Below are positions 1 to 11,410 of a DNA stretch of 64,000 nucleotides, in pieces. The position numbers and the translations under genes were made by a program. The stretch spans positions 256,001 through 320,000 of the forward strand of contig CAXXIA010000002.1 in assembly GCA_963666985.2 (NCBI GenBank), written 5' to 3'. The DNA comes from Spirochaetia bacterium. Its GTDB lineage: Bacteria > Spirochaetota > Spirochaetia > DSM-2461. The notes below the pieces were generated by a model. That model was not told where the DNA came from. It did no database searches and saw only the letters and a list, made by a program, of their open reading frames with translations. Positions within the stretch are counted from its first letter, which is position 1. The number at the start of each line of letters is the position of its first letter.

Positions 1-2
1 AA

Positions 3-773
3 TCCGCGCTTATGGGCAAAGCTGCGGCAATGAATCAACTCGGCGGTGTTGCAGCCACTCTGCTGGCGGGTCTTCTTTCAACAATTTCCTGGCGATTGAG
101 TTTTCTTGTTTATCTTTTCGGATTTATTTCAATCATACTCGTTATACGCCATTTGCCCAATGAACGATTACCTCATCATGACTCTCGGTTCTCGGTTAAA
201 TCTTTATTCAAGTTTCACCCATCCGTGATTGGGATGTTCTTGGTAATGATGATTTTCTTTATTTTCCCCGCGAATTATGCCATCGTTTCCAAACGGCAAG
301 GACAAAATTCCGATACCTGCATAACCTTAATTATGGTGGCTTACGATGTTGTCGCTTTCGGAGCCGGTCTTTTATTCGGAAAAATAATGAAAATAGGCAA
401 AAGAAGTACGAAATATATTTCGCCTGTTCTTTTCTTTATTTCCTACTGGTTTCTCAGTATGAATTCGGCTCTCGGAACCACAATCGCGGCACTTTTCTTA
501 GGCGGATTGGCGAATGGAGTCGGTGTTCCCTATATCAATACTATTGCCTCTATAAAAGGCGGGAAGGAAGCAATCACCACGGTTATGCCCTTAGTCTCGG
601 CCGGCCTCTATTTAGGACAGTTCTTTTCACCAATCGTCGTGAGATTTTTTTCCCGAGGCTGTTTCCCCGGCGATATAAGTGCTCCCTATAAAACAGCGAT
701 GATATTATCGGTTGTTCTATTCATTCAAGTATTTCTAACACGAAAACATCACGGTTCGCCTTCAATGGGATGA
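3..773 (+). CDS. MFS transporter (5' part lies before the window start)
   Basis: Frame is open from the window edge; multiple hydrophobic TM segments; 'SWRLSFLVYL' resembles the MFS 'gWR..F' motif. Confidence 0.75.
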   Translation, partial: SALMGKAAAMNQLGGVAATLLAGLLSTISWRLSFLVYLFGFISIILVIRHLPNERLPHHDSRFSVKSLFKFHPSVIGMFLVMMIFFIFPANYAIVSKRQGQNSDTCITLIMVAYDVVAFGAGLLFGKIMKIGKRSTKYISPVLFFISYWFLSMNSALGTTIAALFLGGLANGVGVPYINTIASIKGGKEAITTVMPLVSAGLYLGQFFSPIVVRFFSRGCFPGDISAPYKTAMILSVVLFIQVFLTRKHHGSPSMG

Positions 774-777
774 AATA

Positions 778-3045
778 TTACCGCTCATCTTTATTCAAAT
801 CATCAATCAGCCTGTTTAATTTCTCCTTTGTGATTTTATCTCCGTCGGAGAAACTGAACAGAGCTCTTAGCGGCGTATAATGCATCATTGCTTCGGCCAT
901 TTCGGCCGTGATTGCCTGTTCGGCCGATTCGGAATTCTGCTCATCAAAAAATAAAAGCTTCATATATTCCTCTACCAGTTTACAGCCTCTTTCACTCGAC
1001 ATAATGTCTATAAAGATTGAGTTCATGTCATAGTGGACGGGCAGAGAATCTGTGGAATTCACCCATATTTTTGTCTCAAGAAGAATATCGCGGCTTGAAC
1101 GTCCAATCTGAATAAGGAAATCCCCGCTTTCCACATACCAGTTATTAATCTTCATCTCAAAGTAAGCGAAGGATCTTTTATCAAGAACAAATGTTACGGT
1201 CGTTTTCTCGCCCGGCTTCAATTCGATTTTTTCGAAGCCTTTAAGCTCCCTAATCGGCCTGATTTCCGTCGATTCAATATCTCTTACATAAAGTTGAACA
1301 ACATCTTTACCGGTCATGCGCCCTGTATTTCGTACATCGACCTTTACCGTGACACATTCCGTGTCATCCATTCTATCTTTATCAACGACAAGATTTTCAT
1401 ATTCAAAAGTTGTGTAACTTAATCCGTAACCAAAGGGAAATAGTACATCCATTTTCTTTTTATCATAGTACCGATATCCCACGAAAATTCCCTCGCGGTA
1501 TTCCGTCCGTTCCTTATTCCCACCAAAAAACAGATAGGAAGGATTATCCTCAACCTTAAAAGGAAAACTTTCCGCTAATCTTCCGCAGGGATTGGCTTCT
1601 CCAAATAGAATACGAACAACGGCTTTGCCAACCGCCTGTCCGCCCAAATAGGCCTCCACCACACCCTTTACGGACTGTATCCACGGCATACAGACCGGTG
1701 ACCCGTTGTGAAGAACCACTATTGTATTAGGATTAACGGCCGCTACGGCCTCTATAAGGCGGTCCTGTCCTTCCGGAAGGCTCATATGCTTTCGATCATA
1801 TCCTTCCGATTCATACAAGTCGGGAAGACCCGCAAAAATAACAGCCGCTTGTGTCGTTCTTGCAGTCTCCACCGCCTCATGCATCAAATCAAAATTCATC
1901 TCTTCTTTTTCGATGCTAAAACCTTTCGCATATTGTATATCCGCGTATTCCCCGGATGCCTTAAGGGCGCTGACTATTTCGGTACAATTAATATGCGAGC
2001 TGCCTCCGCCCTGGAAGCGCGGGTTTTCCGCGAACTCACCGATAAAGGCAACCTTTTCTCCCTTTTTAAGCGGAAGAACATTATCATCATTTTTTAGAAG
2101 CACGATACATTCTTCGGCAAGCTGAGCGGAGAGCTGATTATCGGTATCTTTATCCCAGATGGTTTCCGGCTGTGCATTTTCCACATAGCGCGAATTTATT
2201 TCCAAAAGTCTGCGGCAGGCTCTGTTGAGAATCTTTTCATCCAGCACGCCTTTCCGTACCGCCTCAACAATCTCTTGGTCATGAATCCCTCCGGAAGCAG
2301 GCATTTCAAGCTCAAGTCCGGCTTCAAGCCCCTTAACTCTATCGACGATGGCTCCCCAGTCCGTCATCACATATCCGTTAAAGCCCCATTCGTCCCGAAG
2401 AACATCTGTAAGCAGCCATTTGTTTTCAGAGGAGAAGACTCCATTAATCCGATTGTAGGAACACATAACGGTCCATGGTTTCGCTTTCTTAACGGCTATT
2501 TCAAAGGGAGTCAAATAGATTTCCCGCAATGTCCGTTCATCAACATCGGAACTGGAAGACATACGTCTGTGTTCCTGATTATTGGCGGCAAAATGTTTCA
2601 GGCTTACCCCGATGTTTTTTTCCTGCACGGCGTTTGTATAGGCCGCGGCAAGCTCACCGGCAAGATAAGGATCTTCGGAAAGATATTCAAAATTGCGTCC
2701 GCACAGCGGAGATCTTTTAATATTCATGGCAGGCCCCAAAATCACGCCAACGCCTTCGGCTTGGCATTCCAGTGCAAGGGCACTTCCAAGACGGGCCATA
2801 AGATTTCTGTCGAAAGACGCGGCGGCGGCGCATCCGGCAGGAAAACAAACGGCCTTGATACTGTCGTTTACACCTATATGATCCGAACTGTCGTCCTGTT
2901 TTCTGAGTCCATGAGGACCATCGCTGACCATAACGGAAGAAATATTCAATCTTTCAACGGGTTTCGTATGCCAAAAATCAAGGCCGGAACATAATCCCGC
3001 TTTTTCTTCCAGAGTCATCTGTTCAATTAATTTGTCTATATTCAT
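778..3045 (-). CDS. bglX: Glycoside hydrolase family 3 beta-glucosidase (BglX-like) with C-terminal fibronectin-III-like domain
   Basis: GH3 motifs SDGPHGLRK, GRNFEYLSEDP, SLKHFAAN, VMTDWGA (nucleophile Asp), FPFGYGLSYT, ELKGFEK. Confidence 0.93.
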   Translation of the reverse strand: MNIDKLIEQMTLEEKAGLCSGLDFWHTKPVERLNISSVMVSDGPHGLRKQDDSSDHIGVNDSIKAVCFPAGCAAAASFDRNLMARLGSALALECQAEGVGVILGPAMNIKRSPLCGRNFEYLSEDPYLAGELAAAYTNAVQEKNIGVSLKHFAANNQEHRRMSSSSDVDERTLREIYLTPFEIAVKKAKPWTVMCSYNRINGVFSSENKWLLTDVLRDEWGFNGYVMTDWGAIVDRVKGLEAGLELEMPASGGIHDQEIVEAVRKGVLDEKILNRACRRLLEINSRYVENAQPETIWDKDTDNQLSAQLAEECIVLLKNDDNVLPLKKGEKVAFIGEFAENPRFQGGGSSHINCTEIVSALKASGEYADIQYAKGFSIEKEEMNFDLMHEAVETARTTQAAVIFAGLPDLYESEGYDRKHMSLPEGQDRLIEAVAAVNPNTIVVLHNGSPVCMPWIQSVKGVVEAYLGGQAVGKAVVRILFGEANPCGRLAESFPFKVEDNPSYLFFGGNKERTEYREGIFVGYRYYDKKKMDVLFPFGYGLSYTTFEYENLVVDKDRMDDTECVTVKVDVRNTGRMTGKDVVQLYVRDIESTEIRPIRELKGFEKIELKPGEKTTVTFVLDKRSFAYFEMKINNWYVESGDFLIQIGRSSRDILLETKIWVNSTDSLPVHYDMNSIFIDIMSSERGCKLVEEYMKLLFFDEQNSESAEQAITAEMAEAMMHYTPLRALFSFSDGDKITKEKLNRLIDDLNKDER

Positions 3046-3072
3046 TGTTTCTCTCCTGAGTTTTTAGAAGTC

Positions 3073-3924
3073 CTAAACAGTACTGAGATCCCAAACCTCA
3101 TGAATTTTGGGGACATCATCGATAAGTCTTTTGGTATACGCCGCCTTCGGATGAAGAATGACATCATCGGCATAGCCGGATTCGACAATTTTTCCCCTCT
3201 CCATAATGAAAACAGAATCCGAAATGTAATAAGCCAAACCGATATCGTGTGTGATGAAGATTACCGTCATGCCGATTTCTTCGCGCAGCTTCAGCAGCAT
3301 ATCCAGAATGGTTGCCCGTGAGCATGCATCGATCATACTTGTCGGCTCGTCGGCGATTAAGATCTTGGGTTTCAGCAAAAATATTCTGGCAATCATCAGC
3401 CTTTGCATTTGTCCTCCGGACAACTCAAAGGGATATTTATTTGTCAGCTCTTCAAATTTTAAATTGACGAAATTGCATGCTTCAATCATAAGCCGTGTTT
3501 TCTCCGCTTTATCGCTGCAATGCATTCCCCTCATGTTGAGACAATCAAGTAATATGGTATCGATCTTATTAAACATATTGAATGAAGAAAAAGGATCCTG
3601 AAAAATGGCCTGTGTACTCTTCCAATATTCTTTTTTCTTTTTTGCTGTCGAAATATCCCTGGGCTTACCATGGAACCGGATTTCACCTTCCGTAGTATTA
3701 ATCAACCCGAGTAAAATCTTCGATAAGGTTGTTTTACCGCTTCCCGATTCACCGACTATGGAAACAAATTCTCCTTCATGAAATTCAAAATCAACATTAT
3801 CGACAGCAACACATTTTTTGTTTCCAACGCCGAATATCTTCGTAATCCCCTTTCCTGACAAACACAAATCTTTCCCGTCAAATGAACTACGATTATTTGC
3901 ATATTGTTTCTCGGTTTTATCCAT
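3073..3924 (-). CDS. Opp/Dpp-family ABC transporter ATP-binding protein (OppF-like)
   Basis: Walker [30 protein letters not shown]. Confidence 0.92.
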   Translation of the reverse strand: MDKTEKQYANNRSSFDGKDLCLSGKGITKIFGVGNKKCVAVDNVDFEFHEGEFVSIVGESGSGKTTLSKILLGLINTTEGEIRFHGKPRDISTAKKKKEYWKSTQAIFQDPFSSFNMFNKIDTILLDCLNMRGMHCSDKAEKTRLMIEACNFVNLKFEELTNKYPFELSGGQMQRLMIARIFLLKPKILIADEPTSMIDACSRATILDMLLKLREEIGMTVIFITHDIGLAYYISDSVFIMERGKIVESGYADDVILHPKAAYTKRLIDDVPKIHEVWDLSTV

Positions 3925-4924
3925 GAAAGTACAACTCCCTTAATTCGGTTTCCGAAAATCTGCAGCGATATTCCCTCTTCGAGTTTAAGATTTGAATTTT
4001 GGGATCCGATATCCGGCATTCTTCAGAAGCAAATTGACAGCGATCAGCAAAACGGCAGCCTGAAGGCGGATTCTTAAGATTGGGCGGAGTGCCCGGAATC
4101 GCCGTCAGTTTATTGCTTCGAATGCCCGATTCGGGAACAATGATGGAATTCATAAGACCTTTGGAATAAGGGTGAATCGGATCAAAAACCATTTCTTTCG
4201 CCGTTCCGTTTTCAACAATACGGCCGGCATACATCACCATAATTCTGTCTGTTACATTGTATAAAAGGGGTAATTCATGAGTTATAAAAATCATTGATTT
4301 GATGAATCCTTTTTCCATTAGATTCCGAAGCATTTTTATAACCATCTTCTGACTTGTTACATCCAAAGCGCTTGACGGCTCATCCGCGATTAAAACCTTT
4401 GGAGAAAGAATTGTTGATATTGCAATAACGGTTCGCTGCTTCATTCCTCCCGAAAGTTCCACCGAATGTTTATTTAAAACATCCGGGGATAATCCGAGAG
4501 TTTCAAATCGCTCTTCGGCAAGCCCACAGATCTCCTTTTTGCTCATGGAAGGATCGTGTGCATGAATAACGTCCTCAATAAAATGGAGAACTTTCTGAGT
4601 CGGATTAAGGGCGTTCATTGCGGACTGCGGAATATAAGCGATCTCCGTACCGAGTATCGATTTCCTTATTTCATCGGGGTTTATTCCCGAAAGATTTTTT
4701 CCGTCAACGATAATCTCTCCTTTCACATAATGAAGCGGCGCAAAATAATATCCCATCAGGCTGAGCGCCAGTGTTGATTTACCGCACCCGGATTCACCGG
4801 CAATCCCCAAAGATTCTCCTTCATCCAGGGTTAAAGACACATTATCCACCGCGTAAACATTTTCCTTAAAACGGGTTACATACTTGGTACTCAGTCCCTT
4901 TACTTCAAGCATTGGCCTTCCCAT
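3917..4924 (-). CDS. Opp/Dpp-family ABC transporter ATP-binding protein (OppD-like)
   Basis: [29 protein letters not shown] and C-terminal GCRFADRC cysteine motif. Confidence 0.93.
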   Translation of the reverse strand: MGRPMLEVKGLSTKYVTRFKENVYAVDNVSLTLDEGESLGIAGESGCGKSTLALSLMGYYFAPLHYVKGEIIVDGKNLSGINPDEIRKSILGTEIAYIPQSAMNALNPTQKVLHFIEDVIHAHDPSMSKKEICGLAEERFETLGLSPDVLNKHSVELSGGMKQRTVIAISTILSPKVLIADEPSSALDVTSQKMVIKMLRNLMEKGFIKSMIFITHELPLLYNVTDRIMVMYAGRIVENGTAKEMVFDPIHPYSKGLMNSIIVPESGIRSNKLTAIPGTPPNLKNPPSGCRFADRCQFASEECRISDPKIQILNSKREYRCRFSETELRELYFHG

Positions 4925-4934
4925 AGTACGCTCC

Positions 4935-6185
4935 CTAATCCCGCAATGTCGGATTGAAGATCTGATCGAGTCCGGTATTCATCAAATTGAGTGAAAAAGA
5001 AATCAACGCGATCGTTATAAGAACAGGAAAATAAGCCCACCATGAACCGTTCAAGTGTGCCGCGTACAGCATTGACCAGTTCATCATAAGACCAAGCGTT
5101 GGAACCTCGGTTGTTTTCGGACCGAGTCCAAGCATGGAGAGCTGGGCCTCGGCAAGAATGGCCGTACTTATCTGTAAGATAAAGGCCATTACGACATACG
5201 AAGCTATATAGGGTAAAATATCCGTTGCAATAATACGCAGCAGCGAGTGACCCGAAAGTTTTGAAAGATTAACATGATCTCTCTTGCGCAGAGAAATAAC
5301 TTGAGCCCGCACGGCACGCGCCGTCCACACCCAGCTGGTTAAGCCAATAACCAACGCAACCGTCGCGGCTCCCCGCTGTTCCTGTCCGATACTGTATGAA
5401 ATCAATAACAGCAGGATGAAGGCCGGTATAACCGTGAAAATATTCGTGATGAACATAATAATGTCATCAACAAGTCCGCCGATGTAACCGGCTAAAAGGC
5501 CGAAGGTAAGGCCGATAAAGGTTGCAACGGCTCCGGCTATTAATCCAATTCGCAGCGAGGTTCCGCAGGCCGAGATCAGTTCTTTTAGAACATCCCGTCC
5601 GAAATTATCCGTTCCCAAAGGGAGATGTTTTACATTTGCGACATCTTTAACATTAACATAATCGGTATTTTCTATGGTTCTGATCGTCTCGGTTTCACCC
5701 AGTTCGCCATGAGTATGAGAAACAATAAGTTCATCGGTTCTTTTTGCGCTGGCAAGAGACTTATCCAGCCGCATGTAATAATTTCGTTTTGCTTTAGTCA
5801 TGCCTTCAATAAGAATTGTGGAATCATAATTTTCCCACCATAAAGAAAGAAGTGTTTTCGTATCTGATAAATCCAAATCCGATTCGGGAATACCGAAATC
5901 CAAAAGCCAATTCATCATCGCAATACGATCTTCATCATTGAGTTTTTTGCTTATTCGGTTGCTTTCCGCATCAGGAAGTTTGAATATTGTAGAAGGCGAA
6001 TCAATACTGTCGTATAAAGAAACATATGTACCGGGTTTTTGAAATGAGCCGAGCCCAATCATCTCCAAAGGATCTCCGGGATTTATAAGCGGATAAATAA
6101 TCATGCATAAAAGAATTATGGCCATTATTCCAAAGCCGATAACAAATTTGGACGAATGGAATATTTGTCTTAAAGTGTTGCTCAT
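4935..6185 (-). CDS. Opp/Dpp-family ABC permease (OppC-like) with large extracytoplasmic insertion
   Basis: LGTDNFGRD motif, EAA-like loop, [11 protein letters not shown]; ~150-aa soluble segment after TM1. Confidence 0.9.
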   Translation of the reverse strand: MSNTLRQIFHSSKFVIGFGIMAIILLCMIIYPLINPGDPLEMIGLGSFQKPGTYVSLYDSIDSPSTIFKLPDAESNRISKKLNDEDRIAMMNWLLDFGIPESDLDLSDTKTLLSLWWENYDSTILIEGMTKAKRNYYMRLDKSLASAKRTDELIVSHTHGELGETETIRTIENTDYVNVKDVANVKHLPLGTDNFGRDVLKELISACGTSLRIGLIAGAVATFIGLTFGLLAGYIGGLVDDIIMFITNIFTVIPAFILLLLISYSIGQEQRGAATVALVIGLTSWVWTARAVRAQVISLRKRDHVNLSKLSGHSLLRIIATDILPYIASYVVMAFILQISTAILAEAQLSMLGLGPKTTEVPTLGLMMNWSMLYAAHLNGSWWAYFPVLITIALISFSLNLMNTGLDQIFNPTLRD

Positions 6186-6196
6186 ATACTTTTTCC

Positions 6197-7201
6197 TTAA
6201 TCAAATTGCGCGGCTTTTATTCGCGGGTCGATGAATGCGTAAACGATATCGATGCCGAAGGATAAAAGTAATACCATAATCGTAATAATTAATGTTGTAG
6301 CCGAAAGGAGGGGATAATCGGACATTGTCACCGCCTGATAAATGACGGAGCCGAGCCCCGGATAACTGAACACAATTTCAGCTACAAGTGCGCCGCCGAC
6401 CATTGTTCCAATGGAAAGCGCCAACCCCGTAATTTGAGGAAGCATGGCGTTCTTAAAGACATACCGCACAATCTTTCGATCACAAATCCCCATAAAGCGG
6501 CTGTATTTTACATAGTCCGCGTTCAATTCATAAATTGACATGGAACGCATTCCAACGGCCTGTCCGCCAATTGAAATCAGCACAATGGACCAGAACGGCA
6601 GAGTATAATGACTGATGACCGACTTGATAAAAACCCAGGAAAAATCCGGAATAAGATCGAATCCATACCCGCCGGAAGTTGGAGCAATTTTCAACCGTAT
6701 CGCAAAAATCACCAGAAGAATTACGGCCATACCAAATGCCGGAATGCTGCTTATAAACAAGGATACCGGCATGAGCACTTTATCAAAGCCCTTTCTTATA
6801 TATGCCGCCAGTACGCCAAGGAGGTTTCCGATCAGCCATCCTACGATAATCGCGGGAAATTGCAGACAAATCGTCCACCAAATAGCGTCGTGAACAATAT
6901 CGGATACAGGACGCGGAAATTGACTGAAAGAAAGACCGAAATCTCCCTTAAGCGCATTTCTGCAATATGTAACGAACTGAGCGGACATCGGCTTATTTGT
7001 TCCGAATTTCTCCGCATAATCTTCATATATTTGTTTGACGGCGCTTGTCTCTGAAATCCCCTGTGCTGTTTTTGCCGTGATTACCGCAACAGGATCACCT
7101 GGGAGCAGCCTGGGCAGTATAAAGTTTAGCAATACAGCTGCAATGAACGTTATAAAAAGCCATATTATTTTTTTGCTGAAATATTTCCGATAGCCCTTCA
7201 A
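6197..7201 (-). CDS. Opp/Dpp-family ABC permease (OppB-like)
   Basis: [31 protein letters not shown] start with GGAGG upstream. Confidence 0.92.
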   Translation of the reverse strand: MKGYRKYFSKKIIWLFITFIAAVLLNFILPRLLPGDPVAVITAKTAQGISETSAVKQIYEDYAEKFGTNKPMSAQFVTYCRNALKGDFGLSFSQFPRPVSDIVHDAIWWTICLQFPAIIVGWLIGNLLGVLAAYIRKGFDKVLMPVSLFISSIPAFGMAVILLVIFAIRLKIAPTSGGYGFDLIPDFSWVFIKSVISHYTLPFWSIVLISIGGQAVGMRSMSIYELNADYVKYSRFMGICDRKIVRYVFKNAMLPQITGLALSIGTMVGGALVAEIVFSYPGLGSVIYQAVTMSDYPLLSATTLIITIMVLLLSFGIDIVYAFIDPRIKAAQFD

Positions 7202-7305
7202 GCCAACCTCCAGTCTCTATACGGTTACACCCTTTTGCTCATATCCGTCTCACCGGTGTCACAGACACCGCCGATACAAATAAATAGGGATTAAGTTAAA
7301 AATTG

Positions 7306-7350
7306 GGAGACAGACTCTTTCGGTCGTAATGAAGGAGTCTGTCTCTTTTT
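7306..7350 (-). terminator. Stem-loop after the binding-protein gene (partial terminator or mRNA stabiliser)
   Basis: GAGACAGACTC...GAGTCTGTCTC inverted repeat immediately downstream of the binding-protein stop codon. Confidence 0.65.
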
Positions 7351-7352
7351 GG

Positions 7353-9182
7353 CTATTTCACGTGTTTAAGATCGAAAAGTGCGGCGATACTATAACCGTC
7401 GGTACAATCCATCGGAGGAATATTTCTTCCATCCTCCGCAGACGGGAAGTTCGTCCATACAGACTCATTAACCGCATGAAATTTGTCGGGCCGATACATC
7501 AGGGAGAAACTCGGAACCTCGGTCAGATAGATCTCAACAGCTTCCGTATAATATTGAACCAATTTGTTCTGGTTGCTCTCAAGCGGAATTAATTTGATCA
7601 GTTCATCTATACGCTGATTGGAATAATGGCCCCAGTTTCCGGACCAGTTTCCTTCAACGCCGTTAAATTCCGAACTCATAAGCATTCGGACTCGGCCCCA
7701 CGGCTGCGCGGGGGTGGCGGAATCCGTCCACATCATGAAAATGTCATAATCCGTCTGCATTGCCGCAGTCACAACGGTCTGATATACGGACCATTCGGGA
7801 AATTCGGTCACAATCTCAATTCCAATCTTTGCACCGGCTGCGGCGACGATTTCCATTGCGGCCTGCCAGTCCGACCATCCGTTGGGGCAGCAGGAATTAT
7901 AAGACAATTTTTTCCCTTTATATTCTCTCCAGCCGTCTCCGTTTGTATCAACGATTCCGGCCTTATCAAGAAGAGCTTTGGCGCCTTCGATATCATTCCC
8001 GGCCCACTGCAGTTTCTTTGAAGAAATATAATTATGATCATACATGGCCTGCTCGCCGGCGGTTGGATTCATAAGAGATCTCGGCACCTGCTGGAAAGTT
8101 GGGGACTGCCCGGTCATGGCGTTCTTGTTAACGGCATCATAATCAACGGCCATTGCGATGGCCTTGCGCACGGCAGGCTGATCAAGGCCATAACTGTCCA
8201 TGTTATACCAGGCGGTAGGCATGTTAACGCAGACACCGTAGGGAGGTTCGTCAAGATATGTGGAAATAGGAAGGCCGTCCTTTTCCCAGAGATCCTGAAT
8301 ATTGGCAATAAATTGCTGACAGACATCAACTTCACCCGCGGCAAAAGCAACCTGACCTGCCGCGTTATCGGCAAAAATCGTGTGAACAAGATATTTGGGA
8401 TCGGGCAATTTGCCCCACATGGATTTATCCTTACCCCAATAATTATCATCACGGACAAGGACAACTTTCTGATCATCGGCAAAATACTTTGTATAGGGGC
8501 CGCTCCATACGACATCTTCACCGGGATCTTGTTTGATGTTATCGGCACTGCAACGGGCTTCCAGTTTTTGAAGCCAAGCTTTCTGCAACACATAAGTCTG
8601 AACGAGGTAGCATGAAATCTGCAGCGGATTAACAGGCTTGCCGCTGTCCGTTAGTTTTGAATAAATGGTAACGGTGGAATCATCCACGGCCTCAATCTTT
8701 GAAATGTAAGGGGCGAATCCAGTGCCCTGAGCGTTTTTACATTTTACCGAAGCCGCCCATGTGTAAACTACATCATGAGCGGTAATTTTCGTACCGTCAC
8801 TCCATTTGGCGGCCGGCTTTATTTTAACGGTAACCGAACTTTTATCGCCTGCCCAAACCGGGTTTCCATCGGCGAGCAGCGGTTTCATACTGCCGTCAAG
8901 CATGTTGTACATGTACAAAGTTTCAAACATGGGGGTGCGGCTTCCGCCGGCCGCTTGCGTAATAGCCATGGCATTATTCATGTCGTCTGAAAGCGGATTC
9001 CATCCGTTAACAGATCCCCATTGCTGCCCTGCGAAATACAGACTTTCCGCACGCGGCAAACTACCTGAAGCCGCAGTCACCGTGCCTGCGCCGGAATCCT
9101 TTCCTCCGTTGGCAAAAGCAACGGAACCGAGAACAACCGCAAACACTAAAGCAAGCGCAAAAACTCTCAAGATTTTTTTCAT
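7353..9182 (-). CDS. Family-5 ABC substrate-binding protein, probably for beta-glucoside oligosaccharides
   Basis: Signal peptide ending [26 protein letters not shown] motifs; context with GH3 and LacI genes. Confidence 0.88.
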   Translation of the reverse strand: MKKILRVFALALVFAVVLGSVAFANGGKDSGAGTVTAASGSLPRAESLYFAGQQWGSVNGWNPLSDDMNNAMAITQAAGGSRTPMFETLYMYNMLDGSMKPLLADGNPVWAGDKSSVTVKIKPAAKWSDGTKITAHDVVYTWAASVKCKNAQGTGFAPYISKIEAVDDSTVTIYSKLTDSGKPVNPLQISCYLVQTYVLQKAWLQKLEARCSADNIKQDPGEDVVWSGPYTKYFADDQKVVLVRDDNYWGKDKSMWGKLPDPKYLVHTIFADNAAGQVAFAAGEVDVCQQFIANIQDLWEKDGLPISTYLDEPPYGVCVNMPTAWYNMDSYGLDQPAVRKAIAMAVDYDAVNKNAMTGQSPTFQQVPRSLMNPTAGEQAMYDHNYISSKKLQWAGNDIEGAKALLDKAGIVDTNGDGWREYKGKKLSYNSCCPNGWSDWQAAMEIVAAAGAKIGIEIVTEFPEWSVYQTVVTAAMQTDYDIFMMWTDSATPAQPWGRVRMLMSSEFNGVEGNWSGNWGHYSNQRIDELIKLIPLESNQNKLVQYYTEAVEIYLTEVPSFSLMYRPDKFHAVNESVWTNFPSAEDGRNIPPMDCTDGYSIAALFDLKHVK

Positions 9183-9296
9183 AATGTGCCTCCTAATTAT
9201 TTTGTGATATCCGAAAAGAGAATCCGTCGGCCGTTACAGAATCCTTTTCGTCTACCAAATAGCACCCATTTCTTTTGCGGTAATTACGGCATAAGC

Positions 9297-10310
9297 CTAT
9301 AACCGCTTTACGGTACCTCCCTCCCAGAGATTACCGGGAATAACAATATGTTCGGGGATATAAGTACTTGGCGATTCAATTGCCGAAACGAGTAATTGAG
9401 CCGCTTTAATACCGATTAATTCAGAATCTTGTCGAAGCGTTGTCAGATTCGGGCGGAGTCCCTTACTCAAACTGATTCCATCAAAACCGGTAACACTGAT
9501 ATCTTCGGGAATTGATAAGCCCAAATCTTCCAGTTCATTCATTCCGCCGATATACGAATAATCATCGGGGTACATTATGCATGTGGGCCGATCCGGCAGT
9601 TCATAGAGCCGGCGCGTAGCCTCAGCACTGATTTCAGGAGAATGATACTGGCCTTTTATAATGTAGTTATCAGGAATATTCAGCCCGAGATGAGTGCAAG
9701 TTTTATGAAAACTGGCCAGCCGTATTCTCGTGACCGCCGTATCTTCACCGGAAATAAATGCTATTTTACGATGCCCTCTGTTATAAACAAAACGGACAAG
9801 CTTGCTCATGTTATTTGCATTGTCTGAAATAACAGCTCCGCATCCTTCAAACACATAATCAATGGTTACCAGGGGGATTTTACTTGAGACAAGCTCAAGT
9901 ACAGAAGGATCGCTGCAATCTTTGGAAAGGATAAAAATGCCGTCGCAATTTCTGTAGATACTATGTTCCAAATAGCTCATAACGGTCTTGCCGATATTGC
10001 GGCTTATAAAGGTCAAATCATATCCGGCCTTTTCAACTTTCAGCTGAAAGCTCTCAAGGATTTGAGCAAAATACTCATGAGTTAATCCGATAGCTTTGTT
10101 TAAGGAAAAAAGAATCCCGATATTTCGTGAATGGTTGGTTTTTAAGGATCTGGCCGCCGCATTGGGAAAATACCCCATATTCTTCGCTGTTTGACGGATG
10201 GATTTGGCGGTGTCCGCACCGATATCCGATGCGTAATTAAGGGCCTTGCTTACAGTCGCCGTTGAGACATTGCATGCTTCCGCTATTTGTTTAAGCGTTA
10301 CAGCAAGCAT
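9297..10310 (-). CDS. LacI-family transcriptional regulator
   Basis: VTLKQIAEACNVSTATVSKALN HTH, YFPNAAARSL hinge, IPEDISVTGFD. Confidence 0.95.
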   Translation of the reverse strand: MLAVTLKQIAEACNVSTATVSKALNYASDIGADTAKSIRQTAKNMGYFPNAAARSLKTNHSRNIGILFSLNKAIGLTHEYFAQILESFQLKVEKAGYDLTFISRNIGKTVMSYLEHSIYRNCDGIFILSKDCSDPSVLELVSSKIPLVTIDYVFEGCGAVISDNANNMSKLVRFVYNRGHRKIAFISGEDTAVTRIRLASFHKTCTHLGLNIPDNYIIKGQYHSPEISAEATRRLYELPDRPTCIMYPDDYSYIGGMNELEDLGLSIPEDISVTGFDGISLSKGLRPNLTTLRQDSELIGIKAAQLLVSAIESPSTYIPEHIVIPGNLWEGGTVKRL

Positions 10311-10363
10311 TGTTTCGTCTTAAAATCATTGGATTTCTCTCATTTTTTACTAAAAACACGCTA

Positions 10364-10414
10364 CTTAATCGTTTTCGTAAATGCATTATCAATCCCTAAG
10401 TAATGAATTGTCAA
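10364..10414 (-). promoter_or_regulatory. Sigma70-type promoter and putative LacI operator for the lacI-ABC-GH3 unit
   Basis: Minus strand TTGACA (10414-10409), 18 nt, GATAAT (10390-10385), then CGAAAACGATTAAG with a LacI-like AAnCGnTT core. Confidence 0.55.
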
Positions 10415-10597
10415 TTATTATTTTGATTTCCCTGCTATCGGTCTAAGTAAACGGAGCTTGATTTAACGTAATGAAGGTCCGGAATATGAAGCGAATCAAA
10501 TTGACCTCACGATTATCCGATGTTCTTGCAGGGTGTTTCAGCCGCTTACGATGGAATCGGCCTTGGAACAGTAACAGCAAAGAGATTAATCATTCAG

Positions 10598-10759
10598 CAG
10601 GCTGTTGAAAAAGTAAGATTTGATTCGAAGATTGCGAGCGAGAGTCGCAGCTCGCTGCCGAATCAAGCACAGAAAGCGCAAAGTACTGGCTGTACGTGAG
10701 CATTTCGAGCATTGATTCAACGCCGCATACGGAGCATAAGATCCTTTTTCAACAGCCTG
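10598..10759. mobile_element. 162-bp MITE, copy 1 (IS5-like ends)
   Basis: Perfect 16-bp terminal inverted repeats CAGGCTGTTGAAAAAG/CTTTTTCAACAGCCTG; flanks TCAG/TTAG; second copy at 23294-23433. Confidence 0.85.
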
Positions 10760-10845
10760 TTAGACCTGGAAACCCGGCATACCGGGTACTCTCCATGTTC
10801 CTCGGCGACACCTGCGGTACATTGCTGCGCAGGGGCTTTAAAAAA

Positions 10846-10958
10846 ACCTGGCGACGACCTACTCTCCCACAACAAGTGCAGTATCATCGGCGCTGGCGGG
10901 CTTAACGACCGTGTTCGGGATGGGAACGGGTGTGGCCCCGCCGCCATAGTCACCAGGT
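10846..10958 (-). rRNA. rrf: 5S rRNA, second copy
   Basis: Full-length 5S; one substitution relative to 14604-14716. Confidence 0.92.
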
Positions 10959-11410
10959 TAGATTACCTAGAGGGATATTGGGCGCTGCTTATCAAGCAGC
11001 TATGTTCGTCAGGCCGACTTTTCATCAGCCCCGGATGCAATCCGATCTTTATTCTCAAGATCGATTTGTACCTCTCGGAAGGGTGACTGCCTTCGGCAGT
11101 ATCCTTCCCTCGCCTCGGTCATAGCCCCATTATTTTAAAAAATCCAAGGGATAACCAAGTGAATCCTCGCAACGTTCCTCGGACTCCGTCCTGCGGTACG
11201 CTGCTGCCCCGGGATAATTCGTTTTTACTATTCGGTTATTTCACGAGTCGTTGCCGCTAACGCTTTCACAGACATCGCAAATAACCGGCAAAATACGAAT
11301 TATCCCTCTCATAAAGGGTAACTGCCTTCGACAGTATCCTTCCCTCGCCTCGGTCATGTCCGAGCAAGCTCGGCCGCGACTCTCGGCTTCGTGAAGGGTT
11401 AAAGAATAAT

